From positions 96,001 to 160,000 of the forward strand of contig CAWFJP010000013.1 of NCBI GenBank assembly GCA_963816145.1: a stretch of DNA of 64,000 bases. Direction: 5' to 3'. Position 1 is the stretch's first letter, and every line of letters begins with the position of its first letter. The position numbers were made by a program, and so were the translations under genes. Below are positions 30,103 through 40,132 of this stretch, piece by piece. The DNA is from an uncultured delta proteobacterium. GTDB taxonomy: Bacteria > Desulfobacterota > Binatia > UBA9968. The notes below the pieces were generated by a model, which was not told where the DNA came from, searched no databases, and worked only from the letters and a program-made list of their open reading frames with translations.

Positions 30103-30971
30103 GAAGTTTAATTTATGTTTGATATTACTGACGTTCTAACCGCCTATGCGAGGGATTACATTCCATTTTGTAAGCGATCGCTTACGGGAAAGATAATGCT
30201 CAATCAAATGCAAACCTGAAACTTTCACACTAATGAAATTGCGGCTCGGCTAAAGAATCTTTTTACGGATCTAATGCGCCTGTGCTTTAACTTCCGCAGC
30301 GTCATCGAAGCGCGATCTCCGAAGCTATCAGAACGGCGATTTAACCTTTTTGGAATTGAGCCGAGCGACTGAACAAAAGCTGACAAAATCACTCCTCATT
30401 CGACGTAGCAGTCAGTTGTATCGTAAGATTCATATCATAAAATACCGTGCTGTTAAAAAGCTATCTGAAAACACAAACTGCTCGATAGTATAAATCGTCA
30501 CGTGAGGATAAATCTGGTCGGTCCGATGAGCGACTTTGTCAAGCAGCCCGCTTTCGGCTTAATGCTGACCAATGACTCCAACGTTGAAAATCTGTCTGTA
30601 TCGGCTGATATTGCAGTGCCGTCCACTTAGACTTCGGAGCTGATGCCACGCTAGTAATTTTCCAGACAGCTCGCGCTACATTTGTTGTAACGGCCTTACC
30701 TGATCTGCATACCGGCATGCTCAGGTCGGACACGAGAAATGACTTCATGATCGAGGGGTCGCGCCTGAGTATCGACTTGAACCGTCCGCCGAATCAGAAA
30801 AGTGTACAAAGAGAACAGAGCGTTTCAGCGTAATCTGAATATCGCAATTTCATGCCGCCGACGGGAGTTTAAAACATTTTGCTTGCATCGTCGTCGCCGA
30901 ATCGCCGAAGCGAAGATGCGTTCGGATTTGGCTTCCGAGGGCGTGTGAGCTAACCGCCCTAGCAATAAAAC

Positions 30972-31487
30972 ATGTGGGTTTATACCGGCCAGAAGCGGCC
31001 GCCTTTCGCCATAACACCGAGGCTCGGACAGGAGTCGGTGTGGGATTATCCGCGGCCGCCAAAACTGATTGCTGAGCAGCGGCGCATTGTCGTTCGGCGC
31101 GGCGATCTGCTGATCGCCGACTCGCGTGAAAGTTATCGCATTCTGGAGACCGCGGCGCCGCCGACTTTTTACATTCCACCGCGCGATGTCCATGTCGAAC
31201 TGCTGCAGCCGTTTCCTGGCACGTCGATTTGCGAATGGAAAGGCGCGGCGAAGTATTGGACATTGGCAATGCCGATATCGGGGCGGCAAGCGATCGGCTG
31301 GAGTTATCCGAAAGCGCGGCCGCCATACGGCGCGATTGCAGATTTCTTTTCCTTCTATCCCGGTCGCGTCGAGTGTTTCGTCGACGGCGAGCGGGTGCGC
31401 CCGCAACCGGGTTATTTCTACGGCGGTTGGATAACTGATGAAATTGTCGGGCCTTGGAAGGGGGAGCCGGGGACGGAAGGGTGGTAG
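30972..31487 (+). CDS. DUF427 family protein, copy 2 (intact)
   Basis: Same motifs as copy 1; ends GPWKGEPGTEGW-stop. Confidence 0.85.
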   Translation: MWVYTGQKRPPFAITPRLGQESVWDYPRPPKLIAEQRRIVVRRGDLLIADSRESYRILETAAPPTFYIPPRDVHVELLQPFPGTSICEWKGAAKYWTLAMPISGRQAIGWSYPKARPPYGAIADFFSFYPGRVECFVDGERVRPQPGYFYGGWITDEIVGPWKGEPGTEGW

Positions 31488-31621
31488 CCGGCGACGGTTA
31501 GAAAAATGCTGCCGCGGCTTTTTTCTTCCAGGCTATTAACTAATTCGACTCGGGCCGCGCGATAATCGAAACGAAAGTAAGTCGATACTCAGGCACGTCC
31601 GCAGTTGCCCGAAGTGGACGG

Positions 31622-31882
31622 TTACGCCGACGTGCTACGGGTCTGGAACTTCTGGTAGATCCACAGCAACAGAAACGCGCCGACAATCGAACCGATCCAA
31701 CCAGCGCCCTGGCCGGCCTCATACCAACCGATGGCCTGACCGGCGTACGTCGCGGCAACCGAACCGGCGATCCCGAGCAAGGTCGTCACAATAAATCCCA
31801 TATTCTCCTTGCCTGGCATGATGAACTTCGCAATCACGCCGACGACAAATCCGATGATAATGGTCGTTATTAAACCCCACAT
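31622..31882 (-). CDS. GlsB/YeaQ/YmgE (transglycosylase-associated) small membrane protein
   Basis: IIIGFVVGVIAKFIMPG, TTLLGIAGS, GWIGSIVGA. Confidence 0.9.
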   Translation of the reverse strand: MWGLITTIIIGFVVGVIAKFIMPGKENMGFIVTTLLGIAGSVAATYAGQAIGWYEAGQGAGWIGSIVGAFLLLWIYQKFQTRSTSA

Positions 31883-32471
31883 GGTCGCCTCCTTTGCTGT
31901 TTACAGAGTTCTGGCGCGATAGTCTCTACCGCGCCTAAGCTCCAACCGCAATTTTAGTCTTTGCTCTTTATCGGCGCCGAACGGATTCTAACCCTGATCG
32001 CCGCCAACATAGATCCGCTTACACTGCCAACTAGACTATCCGATAATCCTATGGCTATTTCGCTCCTTTCAGATCGACATCGACACTTATGGGGCGGACG
32101 CAAGTTTAAACTGCCGTTACTCTATCAGCAACTATTTCTTGGCGGCAAGCCTTTTCTTGGAGTCAATTGCCGCTCTTTACGGTTGGCGGTTTGTAATTGC
32201 CAAACAATTGTTTTTGGGCGTGAATTGCGAAGCTGGTCTTTTTGCCCCTGCGGCTGGCGCAAGGCCGAAAAGGTCCGTGGATTCGTACCCTAAACAACTT
32301 CACGAGTTCGCGGATGTCATGCTCGATTCATTGGCATGGTGATCGGAGGCTCTACTATCGGTCGCTGGAGTTTTATCGGGAATGGCCTTGTCCCCGCAAA
32401 GCTTACCATGTTAGGGTTCTTGCCTGCGTTATTGAACGGTCGTTTCCCTCGAACTAAAGGAGATTACGCTT

Positions 32472-32972
32472 ATGCAATATAGGAAGTCGTCGCAATCACT
32501 CGCAGTAGCGCTGGCTTTTTGCCTGGCAGCTTTTTTGGCAGCCTGTCAAAAGGGCCCCGACGACGCGGCGTTGACGACCAGCGTGAAATCGCAACTGACG
32601 GCGCAGAGTCCGGCCTTAGCTTCCATGGTCAATGTCGAGACCAAGGAGGGAGTCGTGACTCTAACGGGCACGGTCGATAACGACGCGGCGAAGAGCCAGG
32701 CGGAGCAAGCCGCAAAAGGCGTCGCCAATGTCAAATCGGTGGTCAACAACTTGAGCGTCAAGCCGCCGATCGTTGTTTCCGAGGATCCGAAGATCAAGAG
32801 CGCGGTCGAGGCTGGCCTAGCTAAATACAACGTGAAAGGCGTAACCGCCGATGTCGCCGACGGACAAGTGACACTGACCGGCGAGATTCCCCGGGCAAAA
32901 TTGCAGGATGCTATGAAGGCGGCCAACGAGGCCAATCCGAAGAAAGTTGTTAACCAACTCACTATCAAATAG
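32472..32972 (+). CDS. Double BON-domain lipoprotein
   Basis: Lipobox LAAC; GVVTLTGTV, VKSVVNNL, GQVTLTG. Confidence 0.88.
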   Translation: MQYRKSSQSLAVALAFCLAAFLAACQKGPDDAALTTSVKSQLTAQSPALASMVNVETKEGVVTLTGTVDNDAAKSQAEQAAKGVANVKSVVNNLSVKPPIVVSEDPKIKSAVEAGLAKYNVKGVTADVADGQVTLTGEIPRAKLQDAMKAANEANPKKVVNQLTIK

Positions 32973-32983
32973 GGAGGTGTCCC

Positions 32984-33355
32984 ATGCTGAGAGACAAGTA
33001 CCAATCGTTAATCGCCATGGCCGAAGGCAACGGAGTCGCCGACTTGAACATCCAGGAACAGGACAATGTGCTGCACATCCAGGGCACAGTGCCCAGTGAA
33101 GCCGTCAAGCAACAACTATGGGATGAATACAACCGCCTCGACCCGGATATGCGCTCCGGTGACATAGTTATGAACCTCGAGGTTGCCGCCGGAAGCGAAG
33201 TTTTTTACACCGTGGTGGCCGGTGATTCGCTAAGTAAGATTGCGACACAATATAAGGGTGTGACCTGGCAAAAGATCTTTGAAGCGAATCGTGATCAGAT
33301 CAAAAATCCGGATCTGATCCATCCGGGACAGAAACTACGAATCCCGACCGCGTAG
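32984..33355 (+). CDS. LysM peptidoglycan-binding protein (YgaU/Kbp-like)
   Basis: YTVVAGDSLSKIA ... IFEANRDQIKNPDLIHPGQKLRIP. Confidence 0.9.
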   Translation: MLRDKYQSLIAMAEGNGVADLNIQEQDNVLHIQGTVPSEAVKQQLWDEYNRLDPDMRSGDIVMNLEVAAGSEVFYTVVAGDSLSKIATQYKGVTWQKIFEANRDQIKNPDLIHPGQKLRIPTA

Positions 33356-33432
33356 GTGCACCGGGTTACGCATGCCCGTTACACGGGAATTTTCTCGCTT
33401 TGTTCGTAGGGATTGTCGCCGCGTGTATTATG

Positions 33433-33464
33433 ACAGCAGAGCCCCCGAAGGGCTCTGCTGTTTT
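33433..33464 (+). terminator. Intrinsic terminator hairpin
   Basis: 12-bp stem ACAGCAGAGCCC / GGGCTCTGCTGT plus a short T run, between convergent genes. Confidence 0.75.
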
Positions 33465-33554
33465 CAGACCTTAACGCTGCTTTGCCGGACCTGCCCCCTG
33501 CTGCCCCTGAAGTAGCAAAGCAAAGATGCGATCCTGCTACCCTAACTGCAATCA

Positions 33555-34190
33555 TTATTGGCGCCAGACCGCGCCGATGTCGGCGGCCGGCACGACATCG
33601 AAGAACGCCTGCTCCATCAATTTGAACGCCATGTCGTGCGCCTCGCGGTTACGCGAGCCGACGCAGTCTTTGAGCACGACGACATCGTAGCCGAGATTGC
33701 GCGTGCTGCGCGCTGTGCCCTCGACGCCGCCTTCGGTGGCGACACCGCCGATGACGAGCGTCTTGATGCCGTTGCTGCGCCGTATCAGGTCGAGGTCGGT
33801 GCCGACAAATCCATCGGGACGGCGCTTTTGAAAAACGATATCCTGTGGCTGCGGTTGCAGCTCGGCGATGATCTCGCGGTCATGGGGATCTTCTTTTTCG
33901 CTCAAAAGCTTCTGCGGATCGGCGGTTTTGGCCCGCTTCATCCTGATGCGCACCCAGATGCCGGCTTCTTCTTTGGCCAGGTCAAACGGGGTCTGCACCG
34001 AGTAGCAAATCCGCACGCCGCTGCGCCGTGCCAGCGCTGAAAGTTCTTGCAGCTTGGGCAACATGTCTTGACAATTGAACGCATTGGGGCCGATGGCGTA
34101 CTCCATGTCCCAAATGAGTAGCGCCGTGCGCGAAGGCTCGACGATCTCCGCCAGTGTGGTGGCGATTTTTTTACCAGCGATCTCGATCAT
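33555..34190 (-). CDS. Isochorismatase / cysteine hydrolase family protein
   Basis: RTALLIWDM, KRRPDGFVGTDL, GVATEGGVEGTAR. Confidence 0.88.
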   Translation of the reverse strand: MIEIAGKKIATTLAEIVEPSRTALLIWDMEYAIGPNAFNCQDMLPKLQELSALARRSGVRICYSVQTPFDLAKEEAGIWVRIRMKRAKTADPQKLLSEKEDPHDREIIAELQPQPQDIVFQKRRPDGFVGTDLDLIRRSNGIKTLVIGGVATEGGVEGTARSTRNLGYDVVVLKDCVGSRNREAHDMAFKLMEQAFFDVVPAADIGAVWRQ

Positions 34191-34318
34191 CTTTCACCTC
34201 CATTTTAGACTTATCGGGAACATTGCTAAATCGCTCATCCACCAGCCGGGGCAACGAAGCAAGTCAAATTATTAAGGCAATGATCGTCCTGGCCAGGTCC
34301 CCATAGCCGTCGCATCTC

Positions 34319-35209
34319 CTACGACAAGTGACCCATCTTGCCGCTTCGGTAATCTTCCATCGCCTGGCGAATCTCTTGGGCAGTGTTCATGACGAACGGT
34401 CCTTGTCCGACAATCGGCTCATCAATCGGTTCGCCGCAAAGCAGTAAAGCCGTCGCGTCATTCACGCATTCGATGCTGATGTTTTTGCCGGCGCGGTCGA
34501 ACAGTCCGACCTCGGCCGTCGTGATTTCCTCGGAGCCGTTCACGCGCAGAGCGCCTTTGAGTACCACCAGTGCCGTCGTGTAACCATCGGGCACGGGAAG
34601 ATCTGTTCTCTGATTGGCGACGAAGCGTAGGTCGACAACCAGGATTGGCGTGAACGTCTTTGCCGGCCCCTTCGCGCCGGTGAACTCTCCGGCGATCACA
34701 CGGATCGTTCCTTGGCCGCCGGGCAGGCTGACGGTGGGAATCTGACTGTTGGTAATGCTCTGGTAACGCGGCGGCGCCAATTTATCCTTCGCCGGCAGGT
34801 TGACCCACAGTTGGACCATTTCGAACATCCCGCCGCGCTTTGCGAAATCGCGGCCGTGAAACTCCTCATGGACGATGCCGGACGCGGCGGTCATCCACTG
34901 CACGTCACCGGGGCCGATCCGGCCGCCGCCGCCGGAAGAGTCGCGGTGCTCGACTTCTCCCTCGTAAACGATGGTCACGGTCTCGAAGCCGCGATGTGGG
35001 TGCTCGCCGACGCCGAGGCGTTCCTTCGTCGGTGGAAATTCTCTTGGACCGGCGTAATCCAAAAGTAAAAACGGGCTGAGCACCGGCCCCAGGTTGGGAT
35101 ACGCGAACAGTGTCCGAACCGGGAAGCCGTTACCGACCCAATGCCGATCGACGCTACGCTGGATACAGCGAAGCTTCTTGACTAATTTCGTATCGCTTAC
35201 TGACGCCAT
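34319..35209 (-). CDS. Pirin family protein
   Basis: HPHRGFETVT, QWMTAASGIVHEE, QLWVNLPA, GPFVMNT. Confidence 0.95.
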   Translation of the reverse strand: MASVSDTKLVKKLRCIQRSVDRHWVGNGFPVRTLFAYPNLGPVLSPFLLLDYAGPREFPPTKERLGVGEHPHRGFETVTIVYEGEVEHRDSSGGGGRIGPGDVQWMTAASGIVHEEFHGRDFAKRGGMFEMVQLWVNLPAKDKLAPPRYQSITNSQIPTVSLPGGQGTIRVIAGEFTGAKGPAKTFTPILVVDLRFVANQRTDLPVPDGYTTALVVLKGALRVNGSEEITTAEVGLFDRAGKNISIECVNDATALLLCGEPIDEPIVGQGPFVMNTAQEIRQAMEDYRSGKMGHLS

Positions 35210-35439
35210 CGGTCACCTCGTTTTTCCAGGATAAGATTAACCGGTTGCATGCACAACCGTGCAAATTTCCGAGCCCATGAAGTTTTGGTGTAAATTCTTT
35301 GCCGCTGAACATTTGTCCTTGTCCGGGTGCTTCAATTACCCGCTGGACTTCCTCTAGCCCTGGCTGCGGTAAAGCGTTACGTTGAATAGGCAGGAAGCGA
35401 GAAGCTTACCAGGTCAGTAAACCATGAAAGGAAGTCGAA

Positions 35440-35652
35440 ATGAAACCTGCGGCATTCGGGTTTCTTATTGCGTTAGTCCTTTCGTTCATGGGCTGTACCG
35501 CCGCTCCTGACCGCATTCTATTGAAAGAACAGGGCGAGGATAATCACTGCCATATGAAGATCGAGACTTATGGCGATCCGGCCAATCCGACCGAACGCGA
35601 GGTTGTCGACTATTACGGGCCCTGTGATGAACGGCCCGGCCCCAGGCGTTAA
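35440..35652 (+). CDS. Small putative lipoprotein
   Basis: Signal with FMGC lipobox-like end; CHMK and DYYGPCD motifs; AGGA RBS. Confidence 0.65.
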   Translation: MKPAAFGFLIALVLSFMGCTAAPDRILLKEQGEDNHCHMKIETYGDPANPTEREVVDYYGPCDERPGPRR

Positions 35653-35695
35653 CCTCGACGGCTTAGCCGACCTCTTTTCAATTCTTGACTAGTTT

Positions 35696-35820
35696 CTAGC
35701 CAACTTGCTTCGGCCGGTAAAACTCGATCGCATTCTTGTAAAAAACATTCCCCGCCTTTTCTTCTCCTAATGTTTCCAAACCAGCGTTGAGTCGCTATCG
35801 AGATAGGGCCTCGGCGCGCG
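35696..35820 (-). pseudogene. Displaced 3' end relic of the amidohydrolase gene (copy C)
   Basis: RAPRPYLDSD.TLV, then a 1-nt frameshift, then ETLGEEKAGNVFYKNAIEFYRPKQVG-stop. Matches the C-terminus of 40133-40894. Confidence 0.8.
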
Positions 35821-36075
35821 CACTCGCGGCATCCGCTGCCGCGATCGGAGTGCCGACAAAGAGTGACGTTGTATGACCGGCCTTCACCGCGAGCAACTCT
35901 TCAGCGAATGCGAAATTCTGCTGCGTTAGGCGCTTAGCCAATTCCCAGCGGCGGATTATTTCGTTCACGAGACCAAAGTCATGCGCTGTTATCGCCGTCG
36001 GCTTGCACTGACGACGCCTCGGTCCCAAAGCGCAAGTTGACGCGCCGGCACTCGCTGCGATTTGTGTCCGGCATC

Positions 36076-36282
36076 ATGGCGAAATACCTCCATCGATCCT
36101 GCCCCGAGTGCCGCGACTATTTCTGTGTTGAGGTATCCCAAAGAGCTAAGAGCGATGGCGAGTATTCCATTACCGGCTACTGTGTGGTGTGCGGCTATCA
36201 GCTCAATGGCTGGCGGGTAATTCCTGGCCGCAAGCAATCCGCGACCTTTTCCAGTGCCAAAAAGCTGGACGTAGCTCGGTAA
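36076..36282 (+). CDS. Small zinc-ribbon-like hypothetical protein
   Basis: Two CxxC motifs (CPEC, CVVC) in about 68 aa. Confidence 0.5.
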   Translation: MAKYLHRSCPECRDYFCVEVSQRAKSDGEYSITGYCVVCGYQLNGWRVIPGRKQSATFSSAKKLDVAR

Positions 36283-36340
36283 CTGCACGTTGGCGCGTCA
36301 CACATGTGCCCCCAGCGCCGCGTGGTCCAAGGCGTGATTT

Positions 36341-36988
36341 TCAGGCCGCCGGACGATTGTCCGCCTGCGGCGCCGTGAAAAACAATTCGTTCAATTGAGT
36401 GGGCTTGTGTCGTGCAAGGAAGGTCAGGTAACTGGAAATGCACGCTTCCTTATCAAACAACGATTGCATGAGCAGGGTTTGATCGCTGGTACCGTTCGCC
36501 TGGGTGAAACTTTGAACGTAATCAGCGATTTCAGGAAAGTTTTGTAATTCAGCAGGTTTGGCGACAATGGTTTTCAACTGCTCGAGCCGTGTCTTCATCG
36601 ACGCGGTTGTGATCAGGCGCGTCCAGTCGCGCGGCGGGTGGCTGCCGATGTCGCGCTGCAACAACCGAGCGATCCCGCAGTCTATATCGGGTGCCAGTGG
36701 GGGCTGCATCTCGCTGACAAAGGCAACCGGCTTGGGGTCGCTGATACTTGGCGCTTGAGGTCCGGTATCGGTCGCCAATTCTACGCGTGTCACTCGATTG
36801 AGTTGCCCTTGAAACGGCACGCCCCGCGACGACCACGCCTGCCCAGCAAGGTTAGGGTAGAGCGCGTTGCGAATTTTGTCGAAAAGATTGCCAATAATGG
36901 GAAATTTCCCGCGTCGCAGTGGCTGATGAATTCCCAATAATACACTAGCGTTGGGCATGATACCTTTGAAGTCGGACGGTGATTTCAT
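36341..36988 (-). CDS. Hypothetical protein, possibly the truncated N-terminus of a larger gene
   Basis: ATG (MKSPSD) after GGAAGGAAG; globular composition; no family recognised. Confidence 0.45.
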   Translation of the reverse strand: MKSPSDFKGIMPNASVLLGIHQPLRRGKFPIIGNLFDKIRNALYPNLAGQAWSSRGVPFQGQLNRVTRVELATDTGPQAPSISDPKPVAFVSEMQPPLAPDIDCGIARLLQRDIGSHPPRDWTRLITTASMKTRLEQLKTIVAKPAELQNFPEIADYVQSFTQANGTSDQTLLMQSLFDKEACISSYLTFLARHKPTQLNELFFTAPQADNRPAA

Positions 36989-37294
36989 TGCGCTTCCTTC
37001 CAAAGAAATATTTCTGTTCTTATCGGTTACGATGGTGCAAACTCCGTATCTTAGGTGACGTTGCACGGAGCGCTGCGTCCATTGGCACGCTGCAAAAACT
37101 CCGCTGGCCGATACCTCGCAATTACTATCCACATTGCGGCAACCCGACTGATTGTCTCGGTTTTGGCTTTTTGTTAAGCAACGTCCGTACCAGAAGCATG
37201 TTCGCTATTGTAATCAGGTAAAAACCATTTCTTGGTTAAGTCCAGGTAAACTTTTGTTTACAGTTGGTGTATCCATTTGTTGTAGGATGGAGTC

Positions 37295-37468
37295 GTGGCC
37301 AGTCAGTCAATTGCCTTCAAAGAGTTGTCAGTTGGCTTTTTAGTCGCCAACGTTGTGCTGGCGCAGATGCTCATCGCGACGGGCATCATTAACGAACCGG
37401 AGTTTCAGAGAACGATAGCTGAGGAGCGAGCGAAGTATCAGCCGATGTTCAAATCGACACGACAATAG
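37295..37468 (+). CDS. Small hypothetical protein (57 aa, below ORF-track cutoff)
   Basis: GGAG RBS, GTG start; MASQSIAFKELSVGFLVANVVLAQMLIATGIINEPEFQRTIAEERAKYQPMFKSTRQ; stop 14 nt before the next start. Confidence 0.6.
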   Translation: MASQSIAFKELSVGFLVANVVLAQMLIATGIINEPEFQRTIAEERAKYQPMFKSTRQ

Positions 37469-37482
37469 TCAAAGAGGATCAC

Positions 37483-38142
37483 ATGGCGACAGAAGTAGCA
37501 GAGATCGACAAGAAAAATCGGCGAGCTTACCTAAAACTTAGCTTCAGTGTAATTACCTGTGTTCTGGGGTTATGGGCCTCTGCCCCAGCGCAGCAGCCGA
37601 TTGCGCCTGTTGACTTCAGACCGTTCGTGGATGGGCGTAACTGGATCGTCCGCCAGCCGTTGGTTTACACGATCGGCGTGTCAAAGGACACGATTACTGT
37701 CCCGCCTGGATTCGTCACTGATTTCGCGAGTATCCCGCAGGTGCTTCATTCGCTGCTGCGCCAAAACGGCCTGTATTTGCTCCCCGCTGTAGTTCACGAT
37801 TATCTTTACTGGACGCAGAGCTGCTCGCGAGATCAAGCAGATCAGATTCTCAATTTGGGGATGATTGAAAACAAGGTTCCCGGCCCGCAGCGGCTCGCGA
37901 TCTACGGGGCGGTACGAGCCGCTGGCGGGTTTGCTTGGGACGCCAACGCAAAGGATCGCGCTGCAAAGCTGGTCCGCATACTGCCGCTAGATCGCTTGGA
38001 CATCGGGCCAAATAAACTTTGGCCAGATTATCAAAGGGAGCTGTCTAAAGCCGGTGTTCTCGAAGCGCCGTCGGCGGCGGTCTCACAGAACTTTTGCGCG
38101 CGTGGGGACTTGGCTACCAACGAAGCGTTGGGAACGAAGTGA
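37483..38142 (+). CDS. DUF1353 family secreted protein
   Basis: ITVPPGFVTDFASIP, AVVHDYLY, ADQI, IYGAVR.GG motifs. Confidence 0.85.
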   Translation: MATEVAEIDKKNRRAYLKLSFSVITCVLGLWASAPAQQPIAPVDFRPFVDGRNWIVRQPLVYTIGVSKDTITVPPGFVTDFASIPQVLHSLLRQNGLYLLPAVVHDYLYWTQSCSRDQADQILNLGMIENKVPGPQRLAIYGAVRAAGGFAWDANAKDRAAKLVRILPLDRLDIGPNKLWPDYQRELSKAGVLEAPSAAVSQNFCARGDLATNEALGTK

Positions 38143-38708
38143 ACCAGAGAACGACACAGACCGGCTTGGCATTGCTTGGGATGTTGATGCTGACAATCGC
38201 CTGCGGCGCGAACGCGCCGGCTCCGCTGCACAACACAGCGGCCGACCTCGGCGGTACGTCTTGGCAGTTAGTCTGGTTTCACGGCGGCGACGACAAGTTG
38301 CTGACCCCCGACGATCCGGCGAAGTACACCCTCGCCTTCGGCGCCGACGGCAGTGTCAGCGCGCGGATCGACTGTAACCGTGGGCGCGGCACCTGGAAAT
38401 CTTCGGGACCGAGCCAGCTCCAGTTCGGTCCGCTCGCGCTCACTCGCGCACTGTGCCCGCCGGGTTCGCTCCATGATCGCATCGTCAAAGATTGGGAGTT
38501 TGTGCGGTCGTACATATTGAAAGATGGCCATCTTTTTCTGTCACTCATGGCCGATGGAGGGATTTACGAGTCGAGCCGATCGGTGGAGCAAAGGCGGCCA
38601 CGGCGGATTCCCGGACCTGGGGAACGACACTGTTTAATTTTGCCGCGCTTCGAGGGATCCCGGATGAACGTTCCCAGCGTGGTTCGAGGATCAGCGCGCA
38701 CTGAGTAG
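38139..38708 (+). CDS. META-domain (HslJ-like) lipoprotein, probable late frameshift
   Basis: GTGA overlap with the previous stop; TIAC lipobox-like; LGGTSWQLV, DCNRGRG, LALTRALCPPGS. Confidence 0.8.
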   Translation: MNQRTTQTGLALLGMLMLTIACGANAPAPLHNTAADLGGTSWQLVWFHGGDDKLLTPDDPAKYTLAFGADGSVSARIDCNRGRGTWKSSGPSQLQFGPLALTRALCPPGSLHDRIVKDWEFVRSYILKDGHLFLSLMADGGIYESSRSVEQRRPRRIPGPGERHCLILPRFEGSRMNVPSVVRGSARTE

Positions 38709-38743
38709 TACTAAATCCTGACTTTTCAAATTTCGATCAGTGT

Positions 38744-38893
38744 CTACCCAACTATCTTCGGCCGATAAAACTCGATCGCATTCTTGTAAAAAACATTGGC
38801 TGCTTTTTATTCGCCCGAGGTTTCCAAGACCAGCAGGTAGTCGTTATCGAGATACGGCCCCGGCGCGCGGGTCGACGGCAGGTCGGTGCCGAA
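38744..38893 (-). pseudogene. Displaced 3' end relic of the amidohydrolase gene (copy B)
   Basis: FGTDLPSTRAPGPYLDNDYLLVLETSGE*KAANVFYKNAIEFYRPKIVG-stop; colinear with 40149-40282 and carrying an internal TAA. Confidence 0.85.
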
Positions 38894-38968
38894 GCGATTC
38901 AGTGCGCGGTTCAGGGTTGCGACGTGGATGTGCGTTGTTTGCCGGGGCGTTATTCACGACCTCATAAT

Positions 38969-39973
38969 TCAATGCAGGAGCGCCAAGGCAACTGCCACGA
39001 ACGCTGTGATCAACGCGGTGCCGGCTAGCGCCAGCGCGATGAAAATTGCGCTGCGCCATTGCGGCTCCATCGCGCGCGCACTATCGGCATCGGCTACGTG
39101 AGTCTTGGTGTCGACGAAGAGCGACTGCTGCATGACCGCCTTGGCGGCGAGCACCTCTTCCATAGCGGATTCGAAATCCTGCTGCTTTATGCGCTTAGCC
39201 AAATCCGATCCCGGCTGAGCGGCCGCAAACGCGGCGGCCTTGAGAACCGCATTTTTGATATCGCCGCCGCTCACCGTGTAGCGCTCGGCGAGCTGCTGAA
39301 AATCCACATCCGACGCTAACGGGGTCTTCTTCGGGTGAATTTGCATCTCCCAGATGCGCGCGCGTTCTTTCGGTCCCGGGATCTCGAACAGTACATGGGC
39401 GCGGATGCGGCGCTCGAATGCGGGATCGAAATTCGCTGCCAGATTGGTCGCGAAAATCACGATGCCATTGAACGCCTCCAACTCGCGCAGGAGAACGTTA
39501 ACCGTCAAATTGCTTTCGCGTTCGTGCGGCAGCCCGGCGCCGGAGGAGCGGCGCATGGCGATCGCGTCTGCCTCGTCGAATAATAGGACGGCATTTTGCT
39601 CAGCCGCGGCGCGAAACGTGGCGACGATATTTTTCGGAGTCTCGCCGAACCACATCGACTCGGCCTCGGCATAGTTGACCACAAGAAGCTTCAAGCCGAG
39701 CTCATAGGCAATCGCTTCGGCGCAGATCGTCTTTCCCGTGCCCGGCTGTCCGGCAAAATTAAACGCCAGCCCGCGTCCCGAAGTATGCCGTTCGCCCAGT
39801 CCCCAGCGGTTAAAGATCAAGTGGTGATTGCGCACCTGCGCCAGCGCCTGTTCCAAGGTGCGGTGGGTTTGTGGCGCCAATACGACATCGGCCAACGTGC
39901 GCGCCGGTGTGACGGCTTCGACGACACGGCGCGAACCGAGGCCGGTAAAGAAAGACATCAGCGGACTAGCCAT
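38969..39973 (-). CDS. AAA+ ATPase (classic clade) with C-terminal transmembrane tail
   Basis: Walker A GQPGTGKT, Walker B LLFDEAD, ATN sensor, DPAFERR; hydrophobic C-terminus. Confidence 0.9.
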   Translation of the reverse strand: MASPLMSFFTGLGSRRVVEAVTPARTLADVVLAPQTHRTLEQALAQVRNHHLIFNRWGLGERHTSGRGLAFNFAGQPGTGKTICAEAIAYELGLKLLVVNYAEAESMWFGETPKNIVATFRAAAEQNAVLLFDEADAIAMRRSSGAGLPHERESNLTVNVLLRELEAFNGIVIFATNLAANFDPAFERRIRAHVLFEIPGPKERARIWEMQIHPKKTPLASDVDFQQLAERYTVSGGDIKNAVLKAAAFAAAQPGSDLAKRIKQQDFESAMEEVLAAKAVMQQSLFVDTKTHVADADSARAMEPQWRSAIFIALALAGTALITAFVAVALALLH

Positions 39974-40132
39974 AACTGATTCTGGGCAATTTCATCCTGG
40001 GAATCTAGATCGACAGTGATAAGAATCAAAGCGGTAGACATGCTTACGGCTGCTGGCGGAAATTGATTCGACGATTTTAGACGCCTTGGCGCACAGCGGA
40101 GAGTCCTTCAGTTTTGCTATTTCATCAGCCCG

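Noticed and set aside
31961-32457. Overlapping small ORFs with a repeated FLGVNC-like segment
   Set aside because: No RBS or family support; more likely the divergent promoter region or decayed sequence.
33555-34190. Isochorismatase-family protein lacking the catalytic Cys (TEGGVEGTAR)
   Set aside because: Gly at this position is already known in YecD-like and true isochorismatase subfamilies.
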